Of a DNA stretch of 64,000 bases, positions 48,170-57,067 are shown in pieces (within the stretch, counting starts at the first letter, position 1; every line of letters starts with the position of its first letter). Made by a program: the position numbers and the translations under genes. Source of the stretch: a virus (lineage: Duplodnaviria > Caudoviricetes); IMG/VR virus record IMGVR_UViG_3300007511_001999, positions 1,464 through 65,463 of that record; one strand, given 5' to 3'. The notes under the pieces are model-generated. The model was not told the DNA's origin and did not search any database. It saw nothing but the letters and a program-made list of their open reading frames with translations.

Positions 48170-49022
48170 TTAAAGTCCTTTGTAGATTATCAGCAAATGT
48201 GTCGGCCATTGACATATAGTTTTTGGCAGTCTCAAAGTTTTCCCTCACTGCATCATATCTTTTATGATACTCTTCTGGTGACAGATTGTCAAGTATTTTA
48301 AATAATTCTTTTCCGTCATTGAAAGATAGGATTCCATCAGTATTGAAATATTCTCCAATATTGTCACATCCCCAAAAGATTGGAATCGTGCCATGTCTAA
48401 ACACATCCACCAAAGTTTCGGTAAAATAGTTATCCTGTTTAGAGTTCATGATAGTAATGCTGAAATGATAATCCTTGAGGGGCTCTGTCTTGCCCTCTTG
48501 CTGTGCGGCGCCGGTACCGATCTCAGGGTTGCCCCATGGCCTGTAGGCTTCGCCCCACAGATCCACTGGGTATCGGCCCTGAACCGACTTTGCAACCACG
48601 TGTCTCAGTCGATGGCCTACGGTCCAGTTTTTCTTTGAAGCTATAAGCGACATGAGTTTCGTCTTATCATGGAGGCCGGCATCGCAGTCAGCGACGCGTG
48701 ATGAGGCAATAATGCTTTTCACATATTTTGGGCCTCGATCAAGAAGTGTCTGGTCAAATGTAAAAATATGATCGAACTTGTGTTCTGCCTGCAGAATGTG
48801 ATCATAGGCAAACGGATGAACCTCTCGACACTCCAAGATCCAAGCTATTTTTTTGGTACATTTTACTGTGTCGACCGAAGGGGATAACAAATCCTTATCT
48901 GTAAATACGGCGGGCCCGTCGAAGGACGGCTGCCCATGGACCCATTCAATTTTCTCTTGTGAATGTTCTTTATAACCCTCGGGAGTGAGACTATCAAAAA
49001 GATTTGCTTTAAAGCTCGTCAT
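48159..49022 (-). CDS. GT10-like (alpha-1,3-fucosyltransferase-family) glycosyltransferase
   Basis: KxxxLKDYHFSITIMNS..DNYFTETLVDVFRHGTIPIFWG resembles the GT10 alpha-1,3 motif. Likely start MTSFK. Confidence 0.7.
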   Translation of the reverse strand: MTSFKANLFDSLTPEGYKEHSQEKIEWVHGQPSFDGPAVFTDKDLLSPSVDTVKCTKKIAWILECREVHPFAYDHILQAEHKFDHIFTFDQTLLDRGPKYVKSIIASSRVADCDAGLHDKTKLMSLIASKKNWTVGHRLRHVVAKSVQGRYPVDLWGEAYRPWGNPEIGTGAAQQEGKTEPLKDYHFSITIMNSKQDNYFTETLVDVFRHGTIPIFWGCDNIGEYFNTDGILSFNDGKELFKILDNLSPEEYHKRYDAVRENFETAKNYMSMADTFADNLQRTLNDK

Positions 49023-49314
49023 CAAAAAAATCCCTGCTGTTAATGGCCTTGTCATCGATGAAGACATCGTAGTGAGGCTTCCCTAATTTAAGTCCGTGGT
49101 GTTTGGCACCCCACTCTTCTAACTGGTTCGTCGTTAGCTCCGTCCAATCGCGGCCCGTTACGCCGCCGCGGGCAGTCCAATAAACTATCGTATGCCCATC
49201 ATCATATAATTCATTAATCTTTTTGATGTTTTCTCGTAATGGGCGAGCATCAGGATAATACCTTTCTCCATCATAAAAACAAATTGTTTCATCTATATCA
49301 ACATAATATATCAT
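49009..49314 (-). CDS. Small HAD-family phosphatase (capsule-biosynthesis type)
   Basis: YVDIDETIC (DxD), WTARG and GKP.YDVFIDDKA motifs. Confidence 0.8.
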   Translation of the reverse strand: MIYYVDIDETICFYDGERYYPDARPLRENIKKINELYDDGHTIVYWTARGGVTGRDWTELTTNQLEEWGAKHHGLKLGKPHYDVFIDDKAINSRDFFDDEL

Positions 49315-49316
49315 CC

Positions 49317-49658
49317 CTAGTCTCCCTTCTGTATCCTATGGCTGTCGCTATCGAAATGCTCGGTGGAGAACTCAAATAGTTCAGAGTCCTCTAAAGCAAT
49401 CATCTGATGACGGAGGCCGCGATACACATGAAAGTTCTCGCCGGGGTTCAGCACCAGTTCGGTTGCTTGATCCAAGTCATCGTCGTCTGAATATTTAACT
49501 ATCATCTTACCACTCTGGAGATAAAACACTTCATCTTTTAAGATATGATAGTGCCAAGAGCATCTCTTCCCTTTATCAAAGTAAAGGAGTTTTCCACAGT
49601 ACTCTGGCTTGTTAACTATCCAGCGCTCCCATCCCCATCCTTTATCTACGTGTTGCAT
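49317..49658 (-). CDS. Cupin-domain protein (sugar isomerase-like)
   Basis: VDKGWGWE, SWHYH..KDEVFY and H..RH..EFST motifs. Confidence 0.75.
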   Translation of the reverse strand: MQHVDKGWGWERWIVNKPEYCGKLLYFDKGKRCSWHYHILKDEVFYLQSGKMIVKYSDDDDLDQATELVLNPGENFHVYRGLRHQMIALEDSELFEFSTEHFDSDSHRIQKGD

Positions 49659-49659
49659 A

Positions 49660-50610
49660 TTACCACCTAAAGTTATTTTTACAGTCTTCTACGATCTTGA
49701 CTACTTCTTCATCAAAATTTTTCTTTGGTTCCCACCCTAGAGCACGAAGTTTAGAGTCATCTAAAGCATAGCGCACGTCCTGGCCCTGGCGCACAACTGA
49801 AAAATCGATATACTGTTCCCAATTCTCATCTGTTCCATGAAAAGCTTTTACAATCTGCTTAACGGTTTCGCGGTTGCTTTGTTCAAATCCGCCGGCAACG
49901 TTATAAATTTCATCAACGGAGCCTGCCTGGACGATCGTTGTCACAGCCGCGGCAGTGTCCTCCGCATGAAGCCAGTTTCTGACGGGTGTCCCCTGGTTAT
50001 GGAGGCGAATCAGACTGTTCCGCATCAGGTTTTTGACTGCAATTGGAATTAGTTTTTCTGGATATTGTCCTATCCCGTAATTATTTGTCGGCCGCAGGAT
50101 GATATAGTTGATTCCGTAGGTCCGGGCCCACGCATGAACAAGCATATCTGCCGAAGCTTTTGCCGCAGAGTATGGATTGCTGGGCTTTAGAAGATCTGTT
50201 TCGGTGTGCTGCCCGTCTGTGATGTCTCCGTAGACTTCATCTGTGCTCACATGAAAGAAAATGGGGCGATTATTGCAGTTTAGTGGCTTATGGCGCACCA
50301 AATCAAGAAGGTTTTTAACCCCCACAATGTTGCTGTTAATAAATTCGTCGCTATTAATGATACTGTTACCCACATGTGACTCTGCCGCGAAGTTAATGAT
50401 ATAGTCACAATCATAAAGATGTGTTAAATTACAGATGTCTTCTCGTAAAAACTTAAAATTATCATAAGTTTCAAACTCTTTCAGCAAAGATTCGTTGGCG
50501 ACATAAGTACACTTGTCTACGCCATAAACTTTCCAGCCTAATTCTAGGCATTTTCGCGTAGCATAGGAGCCTATAAAGCCCAAACATCCTGTAATGTAAA
50601 CGATTTTCAT
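49660..50610 (-). CDS. rmlB: dTDP-glucose 4,6-dehydratase-like (RmlB family)
   Basis: TGCLGFIGS, NFAAESHV, VSTDEVYGD, PSNPYSAAK, NNYG..QYPEKLIP and RxGQDVRY motifs. Confidence 0.85.
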   Translation of the reverse strand: MKIVYITGCLGFIGSYATRKCLELGWKVYGVDKCTYVANESLLKEFETYDNFKFLREDICNLTHLYDCDYIINFAAESHVGNSIINSDEFINSNIVGVKNLLDLVRHKPLNCNNRPIFFHVSTDEVYGDITDGQHTETDLLKPSNPYSAAKASADMLVHAWARTYGINYIILRPTNNYGIGQYPEKLIPIAVKNLMRNSLIRLHNQGTPVRNWLHAEDTAAAVTTIVQAGSVDEIYNVAGGFEQSNRETVKQIVKAFHGTDENWEQYIDFSVVRQGQDVRYALDDSKLRALGWEPKKNFDEEVVKIVEDCKNNFRW

Positions 50611-51947
50611 TGATATTTCTCCATAAACCGATTCACAGAACCCTCAATATAGTCTAATTTCTCATCCGTAATACCCGCAAAAGTGCCCAAAAAGAACGAA
50701 TTAGTGGTGATTTTATAAGCTACTGGGAACGATTCTTTAAGATTATCATACTTTGCTCCTATTTTTGAATATCCTGGGTGGAACAGTATGTTGCCGGCGA
50801 AGTAGCTGCGAGTCTGTATCTTATCCCCTTCTAGGTGTCGGACGATGTCCTCGCGAGTGAAGGGTGCATCCTCCCTGAGTGTTAATAAAAAGGCAAACCA
50901 ACACGGATCCGACTTGGGGGTGGGCTCTGGGAGATGGCAGTATTTGGCATAAGGCTCGAAAATCTCATGCAAACGTGCAAAGTTTTTACGGCGCGCTCCG
51001 TCCATCATCGGAAGCTTCTTAAGTTGCTGCAACCCCATAGCTGCTTGTAATTCTAAAGGCTTGATATTATAGCCAATTTCCTCGAAAACATAGCGATGAT
51101 CTGCGATGATCTCTCTGGCACCCGGAAGCCAATTTTTGAATCTATTGCCACAAGCTGTCCCGCTTAAGACGCACCCGGGCTTAACAGAGTTGCAATAGCA
51201 GGCGCGGCCCCAATCACGGAAGCTACTGATAATTTTTTCTAGTCGAGCGGAGTTCATCGCGACGAAGCCGCCTTCGCCCATAGTCATATGATGAGCAGGG
51301 TAAAATGAACAGGTTGAGATATCCCCAAAAGAGCCGAGCTTCTTGCCGTCATATGTCGAGCCCAAAGCATCGCAAGCGTCTTCTAAGAAAAGTAAGTCAT
51401 ATTTCTCTACTAGGGCCATTACGCGGTCCATGTCGGGAGGGTTCCCGAGTACATGCGCGAACATCAATGCGCGGATCTCTTTATTAGTATCGGCAGCTAG
51501 CAGTGCCTCGACCTGATCAAGATCCAGGTTTAAATCTGGAAGCGTGACATCGACGAAAACCGGCTCGAATCCATTCTGGATGATCGGATTAAGCGTTGTG
51601 GGGAAACATACAACGGGGGTAATGATTTTGGACCCCTCCGGGAGCTGCTTCCACCTTTGAGATTTAAGCGCCGAAACCATAAGCAGGTTTGCAGAGCTAC
51701 CTGAGTTTGTCAGGACTCCATGAGTCTTTCCCAAGTGCGTAGGAAACTCGACTTCAAATTGACGGCCCTTTTTGCCTAGTACGAGCCATCGACTAAGCAG
51801 GCTTTCCACAGCAGCAACGTATTCGTCACTATTGTATACGTTGCCTGAGTAGGCGATCCAATCCTCACCAGGAGTCCACTGCTCAGCGGATTCACACTCT
51901 TTAATATATTCGTCTACCAATGATAAAATGGTTTCTAATTTAGACAT
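50607..51947 (-). CDS. rfbH: CDP-4-keto-6-deoxyglucose 3-dehydratase E1 (DdhC/RfbH/AscC)
   Basis: NSGSSANL, FPTT.NP, AHVLGNP, EDACDALG, SFYPAHHMTMGEGG, the Fe-S segment RDWGRACYC...C and GYNIK. Confidence 0.9.
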   Translation of the reverse strand: MSKLETILSLVDEYIKECESAEQWTPGEDWIAYSGNVYNSDEYVAAVESLLSRWLVLGKKGRQFEVEFPTHLGKTHGVLTNSGSSANLLMVSALKSQRWKQLPEGSKIITPVVCFPTTLNPIIQNGFEPVFVDVTLPDLNLDLDQVEALLAADTNKEIRALMFAHVLGNPPDMDRVMALVEKYDLLFLEDACDALGSTYDGKKLGSFGDISTCSFYPAHHMTMGEGGFVAMNSARLEKIISSFRDWGRACYCNSVKPGCVLSGTACGNRFKNWLPGAREIIADHRYVFEEIGYNIKPLELQAAMGLQQLKKLPMMDGARRKNFARLHEIFEPYAKYCHLPEPTPKSDPCWFAFLLTLREDAPFTREDIVRHLEGDKIQTRSYFAGNILFHPGYSKIGAKYDNLKESFPVAYKITTNSFFLGTFAGITDEKLDYIEGSVNRFMEKYQ

Positions 51948-52764
51948 TCTCTTCACTTTCCACTACTTGCCGAATTCCGGCGTCGAGGCCAATCAAATCA
52001 AGGCCTAAGCCTTCCAAACGATCGCTAGCACCAGTATAAGTGTACGCATATCCTGGTTTTTCTACTATAACACCTGTTGGAGCTTTTGTCAAATTATTTA
52101 ATATCGATGCAACTGCCGTGAGACTGGTTTTTTCTGCGTAGCACATGTTGTAATCAACGTATTGGGTTTGTTTTTTTGTCATGAGAAACTCCACAACCTT
52201 GATAAGATCTTTAACATAAAAGAAATCCATCTTTCGATCTTGAGTAATAAAAACCGGGAGATTGTCTCGCTGGCGCGCTAAAGAGTTCTTGATGAATCTC
52301 GTACTATTCTCCATTGTACCAAAACAACCGAATAAACGCAAGTTAATAATATTTTTATTATATAAGATAATCTCGCGAGCAATTAAATTTTTGGCTAAGC
52401 CATAATAGTCAGTGGGAATACACCCATAAATAGCTTCTTCATGGGCCAACTCAACATTGGAATATCTATCGAATTCTGCTCCGGATCCGAAGGAGAACAT
52501 CCACTTATATTTATCAGCGTGGGCCTTAAGATTGTGAAACATGCTTAAGTTAGCTCGGAGGGACGCGAAACTATTATCTCCTTTAACGGCGGCATGTAAA
52601 ACAATATCAAATTTACGACCAGCAAAAAATGCGCTGACATCCTCAGCATTTGTGAGGTCTAGTACTTGCCGGGGGGCAGCTGTTATATTATGAGATGTCT
52701 TAGAAAAATGGCTTTCGAATTCTTTTCCTAAAAAGCCATTTGCTCCGGTTATTAAGATATTCAT
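51940..52764 (-). CDS. NAD-dependent sugar epimerase/reductase (extended SDR)
   Basis: ILITGANGFLG, GSGAEF, YGLAK and LRLFG motifs. Confidence 0.8.
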   Translation of the reverse strand: MNILITGANGFLGKEFESHFSKTSHNITAAPRQVLDLTNAEDVSAFFAGRKFDIVLHAAVKGDNSFASLRANLSMFHNLKAHADKYKWMFSFGSGAEFDRYSNVELAHEEAIYGCIPTDYYGLAKNLIAREIILYNKNIINLRLFGCFGTMENSTRFIKNSLARQRDNLPVFITQDRKMDFFYVKDLIKVVEFLMTKKQTQYVDYNMCYAEKTSLTAVASILNNLTKAPTGVIVEKPGYAYTYTGASDRLEGLGLDLIGLDAGIRQVVESEENV

Positions 52765-52775
52765 TTAACACTAGA

Positions 52776-53711
52776 TCATTCAACCCATTTTGTAGACTTT
52801 TTAAGTTCAACAAGCTGCTCATCCTTAATCGAATAAGAATAGGCAGCACCAGGGAAGGCGCCCGTATGCACATCAACAACATATTGTTCAATTGCCATCT
52901 TAGCTAAAACAAGAAGGCCGTCGCCGCGTTCTTTGCGACCAAGCTGTCGAAGGTCTCCCGCGGCCGAGAGATAGTCAGTAAATTTGCCAACAACCTCAGG
53001 AATATAACACTTGGCAAACCACGGCCTAAAGGACTGATAAAATCCCATTAAATCATGCATGATAACAAGCTGGCCGTCAACTCCGGCGCCGGCTCCGATT
53101 CCATAAATGGGAATTTCAAGTTGCGCAGCGATTTGGGCTGCAGGCTCGGCCGGCATAGCCTCTAGCAAGATTGCAAAGGCTCCTGCTTCCTGAAGTGCCA
53201 ACGCATCCTCAAGGGTGGCTTCGAAGCTTTTAATTGTTTTACCCTGAACACGATAGCCGCCGAAAGAAGTGGTGCTCTGAGGGGTGAGGCCGAGATGACC
53301 CACTACTGGAATTCCTGCGTCGACGATGGCGCGGACTCGCGACGCAACGCGGAGGCCACCTTCGAGCTTAATTGCATCTGATGCGCATTCCTTAACGAAT
53401 CGCAGCGCGTTTCGCACTGCCTCTTCGTCGCTGACCTCATAAGACCCTTGGGGCATATCCCCTACGATAAAGGTGTTGGGGGCGCCCCGTCGAGCGGACG
53501 AGGCCATGAACACCATTTCATCCATTGTGACCGGGTTAGTGGTGTCATATCCTAGTTGAACCATTCCGCCGGAGTCACCTACAAGAATCATGTCGACTCC
53601 CGCTTCTTCGGTGACCTGAGCAAATGGTAGATCATAGGCGGTGATCCAAGTGAGTGGTGTACCATTTTTCTTCATGGATACAAAATCTAGTATTGTTTTC
53701 TTTGTTGCCAT
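52776..53711 (-). CDS. panB: 3-methyl-2-oxobutanoate hydroxymethyltransferase family (PanB)
   Basis: TAYD, ILVGDS, VGDMP, IKLEGG, GHLGLTPQ, GIGAG and DGQ motifs all present. Confidence 0.9.
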   Translation of the reverse strand: MATKKTILDFVSMKKNGTPLTWITAYDLPFAQVTEEAGVDMILVGDSGGMVQLGYDTTNPVTMDEMVFMASSARRGAPNTFIVGDMPQGSYEVSDEEAVRNALRFVKECASDAIKLEGGLRVASRVRAIVDAGIPVVGHLGLTPQSTTSFGGYRVQGKTIKSFEATLEDALALQEAGAFAILLEAMPAEPAAQIAAQLEIPIYGIGAGAGVDGQLVIMHDLMGFYQSFRPWFAKCYIPEVVGKFTDYLSAAGDLRQLGRKERGDGLLVLAKMAIEQYVVDVHTGAFPGAAYSYSIKDEQLVELKKSTKWVE

Positions 53712-55498
53712 TATTCCTCCTTAAGTGGCGTGACTATCATATTCTCAAAAAATTCTTCTCTGTCCAGAAAAGGAAACATATCTTCCAGGGGTCTAGAAAT
53801 GAGTCTTCCGTCTGGGAGCTTCTTTGAGCCAATAGTTGGCAAGACCGCGTCCCACTTTTTACACATCACCTCACAGATCACCGGACCTTTGTATTCTAAC
53901 ACCCTTTTAACGCTTCTTTTAAGGCCTTTAAGCTTCGAAGTTCTAAAATACTTGATGCCATAAGCATTTGCTATTTTTTGAAAATTGGGAAATGACACTC
54001 CGGAGTCTTCGTCTGTGCCGATAAACCTATCCTCAAAAAATTTTCTTTGTGTTGTGCGAATAGAAAGATAGCCATTGTTATTCCAAACAAAGATCTTCAC
54101 TGGAAGTTGATTATGGACGATCGTTTGCAGTTCCTGTATATTACTCTGAAATGAGCCGTCGCCGGTGATTCCTATTACATCTTTCTTACCGCGGGCAATA
54201 CAGGCGCCAATACTTGCCGGGAGAGTAAAGCCCATGTCGGCCTGTCCCCCTGATGTAATATAGCGCTGCTGGTCTGTCACCTGAAGCGCCTGCGATGTTA
54301 CATAAAAGGCGGAGCCGGCGTCTGACACCACCACATCATCGGGGCGCATCGAGTCGGACAGCACCTTCATAAAAGCATAAAGACTAATTCCGTCTTCATC
54401 GCTTTCAAAGTGCTCCGGAAGAGAGACTGGCCATTTTGTTTTCCAGGCCAAGCATTTCTGAGCCCACGGGGTGGGGGCCGGAGGAAAGCCGGCCTTGAGC
54501 AAAAACTCTTTGGCATCTGCTACAATCAGGTGATCCACCCGAACCGTGTTTTTCTGGTGTTCAAACTTGTCGATGTCAACAACAATAAGCTTGGCTTCCC
54601 GACCAAATAACTCGTATCGATAACCAGTGACTGGAACCCCCAATCGCGTGCCTATAGCCAAAATTACATCGGCATTTTGCATAGCAAAGTTGGCAGCTCG
54701 GTTTCCTTTAATCCCTACTCGGCCAATGTTGAGGGGATCATCAGAGGATAAAAGATCTGCAGCTAAATATGTGTTAACCACCGGGATGTTATGGAGATGT
54801 ACGAACTTTGAAAAAATGTCCTTTGCGCCGGAGAGGCGGATTCCGTTCCCAGCGAGGATTACTGGGCGCTCGGCTTGTGCAAGATATCGACTAACAGCCG
54901 CAAGATCTTCTACCTCAGGAATATAAGACTCCTTTTCAGGCACAAAGCGCGGTAATTCGGACGGTTCAATCAGAGCGGCCTGGACATCCATAGGAATATC
55001 GAGCCACACCGGGCCGGGCCTTCCGCTGAAAGCTAGGTGGATTGCTTTATCAATATGAAAAGCGATCATTTCAGGGTCATTAACCAAGACTGCATATTTC
55101 GTCAACGACTGAACAATAGCAATAATATTAGCTTCTTGAACCCCAAGCTGGCGCAAGGGCAAATCAATATTGCCCGTAGCCTGTTCTTTGTTAACTTGTC
55201 CGGAAATAAAAAACGTAGGAAGGTTGTCCTGCCAGGCTTCCAAGAGCCCCGTGATAGTATTAGTGCTTCCACAGCCCGTAGTGGGCATCACAACGCCCAT
55301 TTTGCCACTGTATTTGCCGTATCCAACAGCTGCCATAGCAGAAGCCTGTTCGTGGTGACTACAAACGGCTTGAAGTTTGGGATTTTTAGCTACGCCATCG
55401 TTTAGGAACATGGCACCCCCACCTGTTAAGGTGAAAACGTGTTCAACTCCCAGCTCAACAATACGCTGTGCCACATAATCTGTAACCCGCGTTGGCAC
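53711..55498 (-). CDS. ThDP-dependent acetolactate-synthase-like enzyme (YerE-like sugar C-acyl branching enzyme)
   Basis: GGGAMFLND, HHEQASAMAA, ISGQV, RQLGVQE, GRPGPVWLDIP, MGF.LP and GDGS...NNNGY motifs. The GGGAMxLND start and sugar-gene context fit the O-antigen-associated subfamily. Confidence 0.8.
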   Translation of the reverse strand: MPTRVTDYVAQRIVELGVEHVFTLTGGGAMFLNDGVAKNPKLQAVCSHHEQASAMAAVGYGKYSGKMGVVMPTTGCGSTNTITGLLEAWQDNLPTFFISGQVNKEQATGNIDLPLRQLGVQEANIIAIVQSLTKYAVLVNDPEMIAFHIDKAIHLAFSGRPGPVWLDIPMDVQAALIEPSELPRFVPEKESYIPEVEDLAAVSRYLAQAERPVILAGNGIRLSGAKDIFSKFVHLHNIPVVNTYLAADLLSSDDPLNIGRVGIKGNRAANFAMQNADVILAIGTRLGVPVTGYRYELFGREAKLIVVDIDKFEHQKNTVRVDHLIVADAKEFLLKAGFPPAPTPWAQKCLAWKTKWPVSLPEHFESDEDGISLYAFMKVLSDSMRPDDVVVSDAGSAFYVTSQALQVTDQQRYITSGGQADMGFTLPASIGACIARGKKDVIGITGDGSFQSNIQELQTIVHNQLPVKIFVWNNNGYLSIRTTQRKFFEDRFIGTDEDSGVSFPNFQKIANAYGIKYFRTSKLKGLKRSVKRVLEYKGPVICEVMCKKWDAVLPTIGSKKLPDGRLISRPLEDMFPFLDREEFFENMIVTPLKEE

Positions 55499-56235
55499 TA
55501 CTTATCCCCATACCATTTAACACGCCAATAGCCACGGATTGTATCATCATAATTGGTTGTTTCTCTGTGCATTCCCCAGGTGGCTTGCCCCGGGTGCCAT
55601 CGGTAGTTATATCCGAGGTATCTATCCGCCGGGAAAATGAATACATTGTTGTCTGCGAGCCGAAAATATAAATGATAATCTGCAGCGCCCAAATATTGTG
55701 GATCCCATCGCAAAAGGCCGCGGTCCTTTAGTTTGCGACTATACACCATAGTAGGGGTATTCACGGGGCTGTGGTGAAACAATTGTTCTTTGAACTCTGT
55801 GAGGCTCTTATAGTTGTGAGCAACCTCTCCCCGAAAGTCTTCCTCAAGGCCCTGGACTCCGCGAATAGGGCTTTGGAATGCTAATATCTTCGAGGGAGCT
55901 TTTGATATGTATTGCATGAAATTTTCTACATACTCTGGTGTTATATAATCGTCGGCTCCTAAAATAGTAATGTAATCGCCGGTGCTGAGACTAAGTCCTT
56001 CTGTAACCGGCTCTTCCCAGGAATACCGATATAGGTTGGGGGCTGTCGACACAATAAGCGCGGGGTGCGTCTCTTGTACCTTCTTAACAATTTCTAAACT
56101 ACGATCTGTACTTTCGTTATCTACCAAAATTACTTCGGTATTTTCATAGGTTTGATTGAGAGCGGATGTGACACACTTCTCAATCCACTTTTCGGCATTG
56201 TAACAGGGGATAATAATTGTGACTTTTAAACTCAT
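55498..56235 (-). CDS. GT2 (GT-A) glycosyltransferase
   Basis: IIIPCYNAEKWI, VDNESTD and LGADD motifs. Confidence 0.85.
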   Translation of the reverse strand: MSLKVTIIIPCYNAEKWIEKCVTSALNQTYENTEVILVDNESTDRSLEIVKKVQETHPALIVSTAPNLYRYSWEEPVTEGLSLSTGDYITILGADDYITPEYVENFMQYISKAPSKILAFQSPIRGVQGLEEDFRGEVAHNYKSLTEFKEQLFHHSPVNTPTMVYSRKLKDRGLLRWDPQYLGAADYHLYFRLADNNVFIFPADRYLGYNYRWHPGQATWGMHRETTNYDDTIRGYWRVKWYGDK

Positions 56236-57065
56236 TGCATTAGTCCTATAATAAGGTTAGGGATCTCTTCTCTTTTAGATCTCATCTTTTCAACCAGGTC
56301 TACACCCTTCAGCTCAAACCAATCCTCTTGGGTGGCCCCAACTAGTTTGTTGGTAATCACCTTCATTCCCATCATGCGACTTTCCACAACAATCCGAGAA
56401 AGCGTCTCCGGAGTCTGCGGGAAAAATACCAACGTATCATTTTCTCCCAGTTGGTCTAAAAATTTATGGTAGTCATTTCCAGAGCACAGAGTGTATTCTC
56501 GGTCCGTCGCCTTGCAGTATCTCACTGCTGTTGGGGTATTTTTATGTGCGATCGGTGAATCTAGTATTGCACACTTATTTTGTTTATCACGAAGAGCTAA
56601 AGTTTCCAACATCTGCAGCGCGCTTTCGGTCCAAAGATTTCCCCCGACACTTTCAATATTGTCGAGCTTCAAGTTTCTTTTAACTATATTAGCATGAAAG
56701 GTGCTTTGACACAAGACCTTCCTTGCTTTTTGGTAAAACTCTACGTTTATCAGGTCATAGGCCGGCGCAGTAAAATTCTTATAGCGCGCAGGATCTCTGG
56801 TTTTTAGATATTTGTGATCATGCTCATAGATTACATAATTTTTAGACTTGAGGGCTTCTCGGGATTGTTGAGAAAGGCCTAAAAAGTTAGCTACAATAAA
56901 TAATTTTGCGCCGCAGGTACTAATGTATGATGCATCAACTTGTTGACTTTTCTTTGCCTCAACAGTCTGGCCCTTTGCGCGAAGAAGTTCAATCAATTCT
57001 TGATTATTAAGTTCACCGCCGCCCATAATTTCATGAGCAAAAAAGTCGGCTATAAAAACAATCAT
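56232..57065 (-). CDS. GT-B (GT4-like) glycosyltransferase, compact
   Basis: GGGE near the N-terminus, EHDHK, and PETLSRIVVESRMMG (E-x7-E). Confidence 0.65.
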   Translation of the reverse strand: MIVFIADFFAHEIMGGGELNNQELIELLRAKGQTVEAKKSQQVDASYISTCGAKLFIVANFLGLSQQSREALKSKNYVIYEHDHKYLKTRDPARYKNFTAPAYDLINVEFYQKARKVLCQSTFHANIVKRNLKLDNIESVGGNLWTESALQMLETLALRDKQNKCAILDSPIAHKNTPTAVRYCKATDREYTLCSGNDYHKFLDQLGENDTLVFFPQTPETLSRIVVESRMMGMKVITNKLVGATQEDWFELKGVDLVEKMRSKREEIPNLIIGLMQ

Positions 57066-57067
57066 AA

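Noticed and set aside
52776-55498. ALS + PanB as a branched-chain amino acid/pantothenate auxiliary pathway
   Set aside because: The intermediate and downstream enzymes are absent from the window and the neighbours are all sugar genes. It is kept only as the alternative hypothesis.
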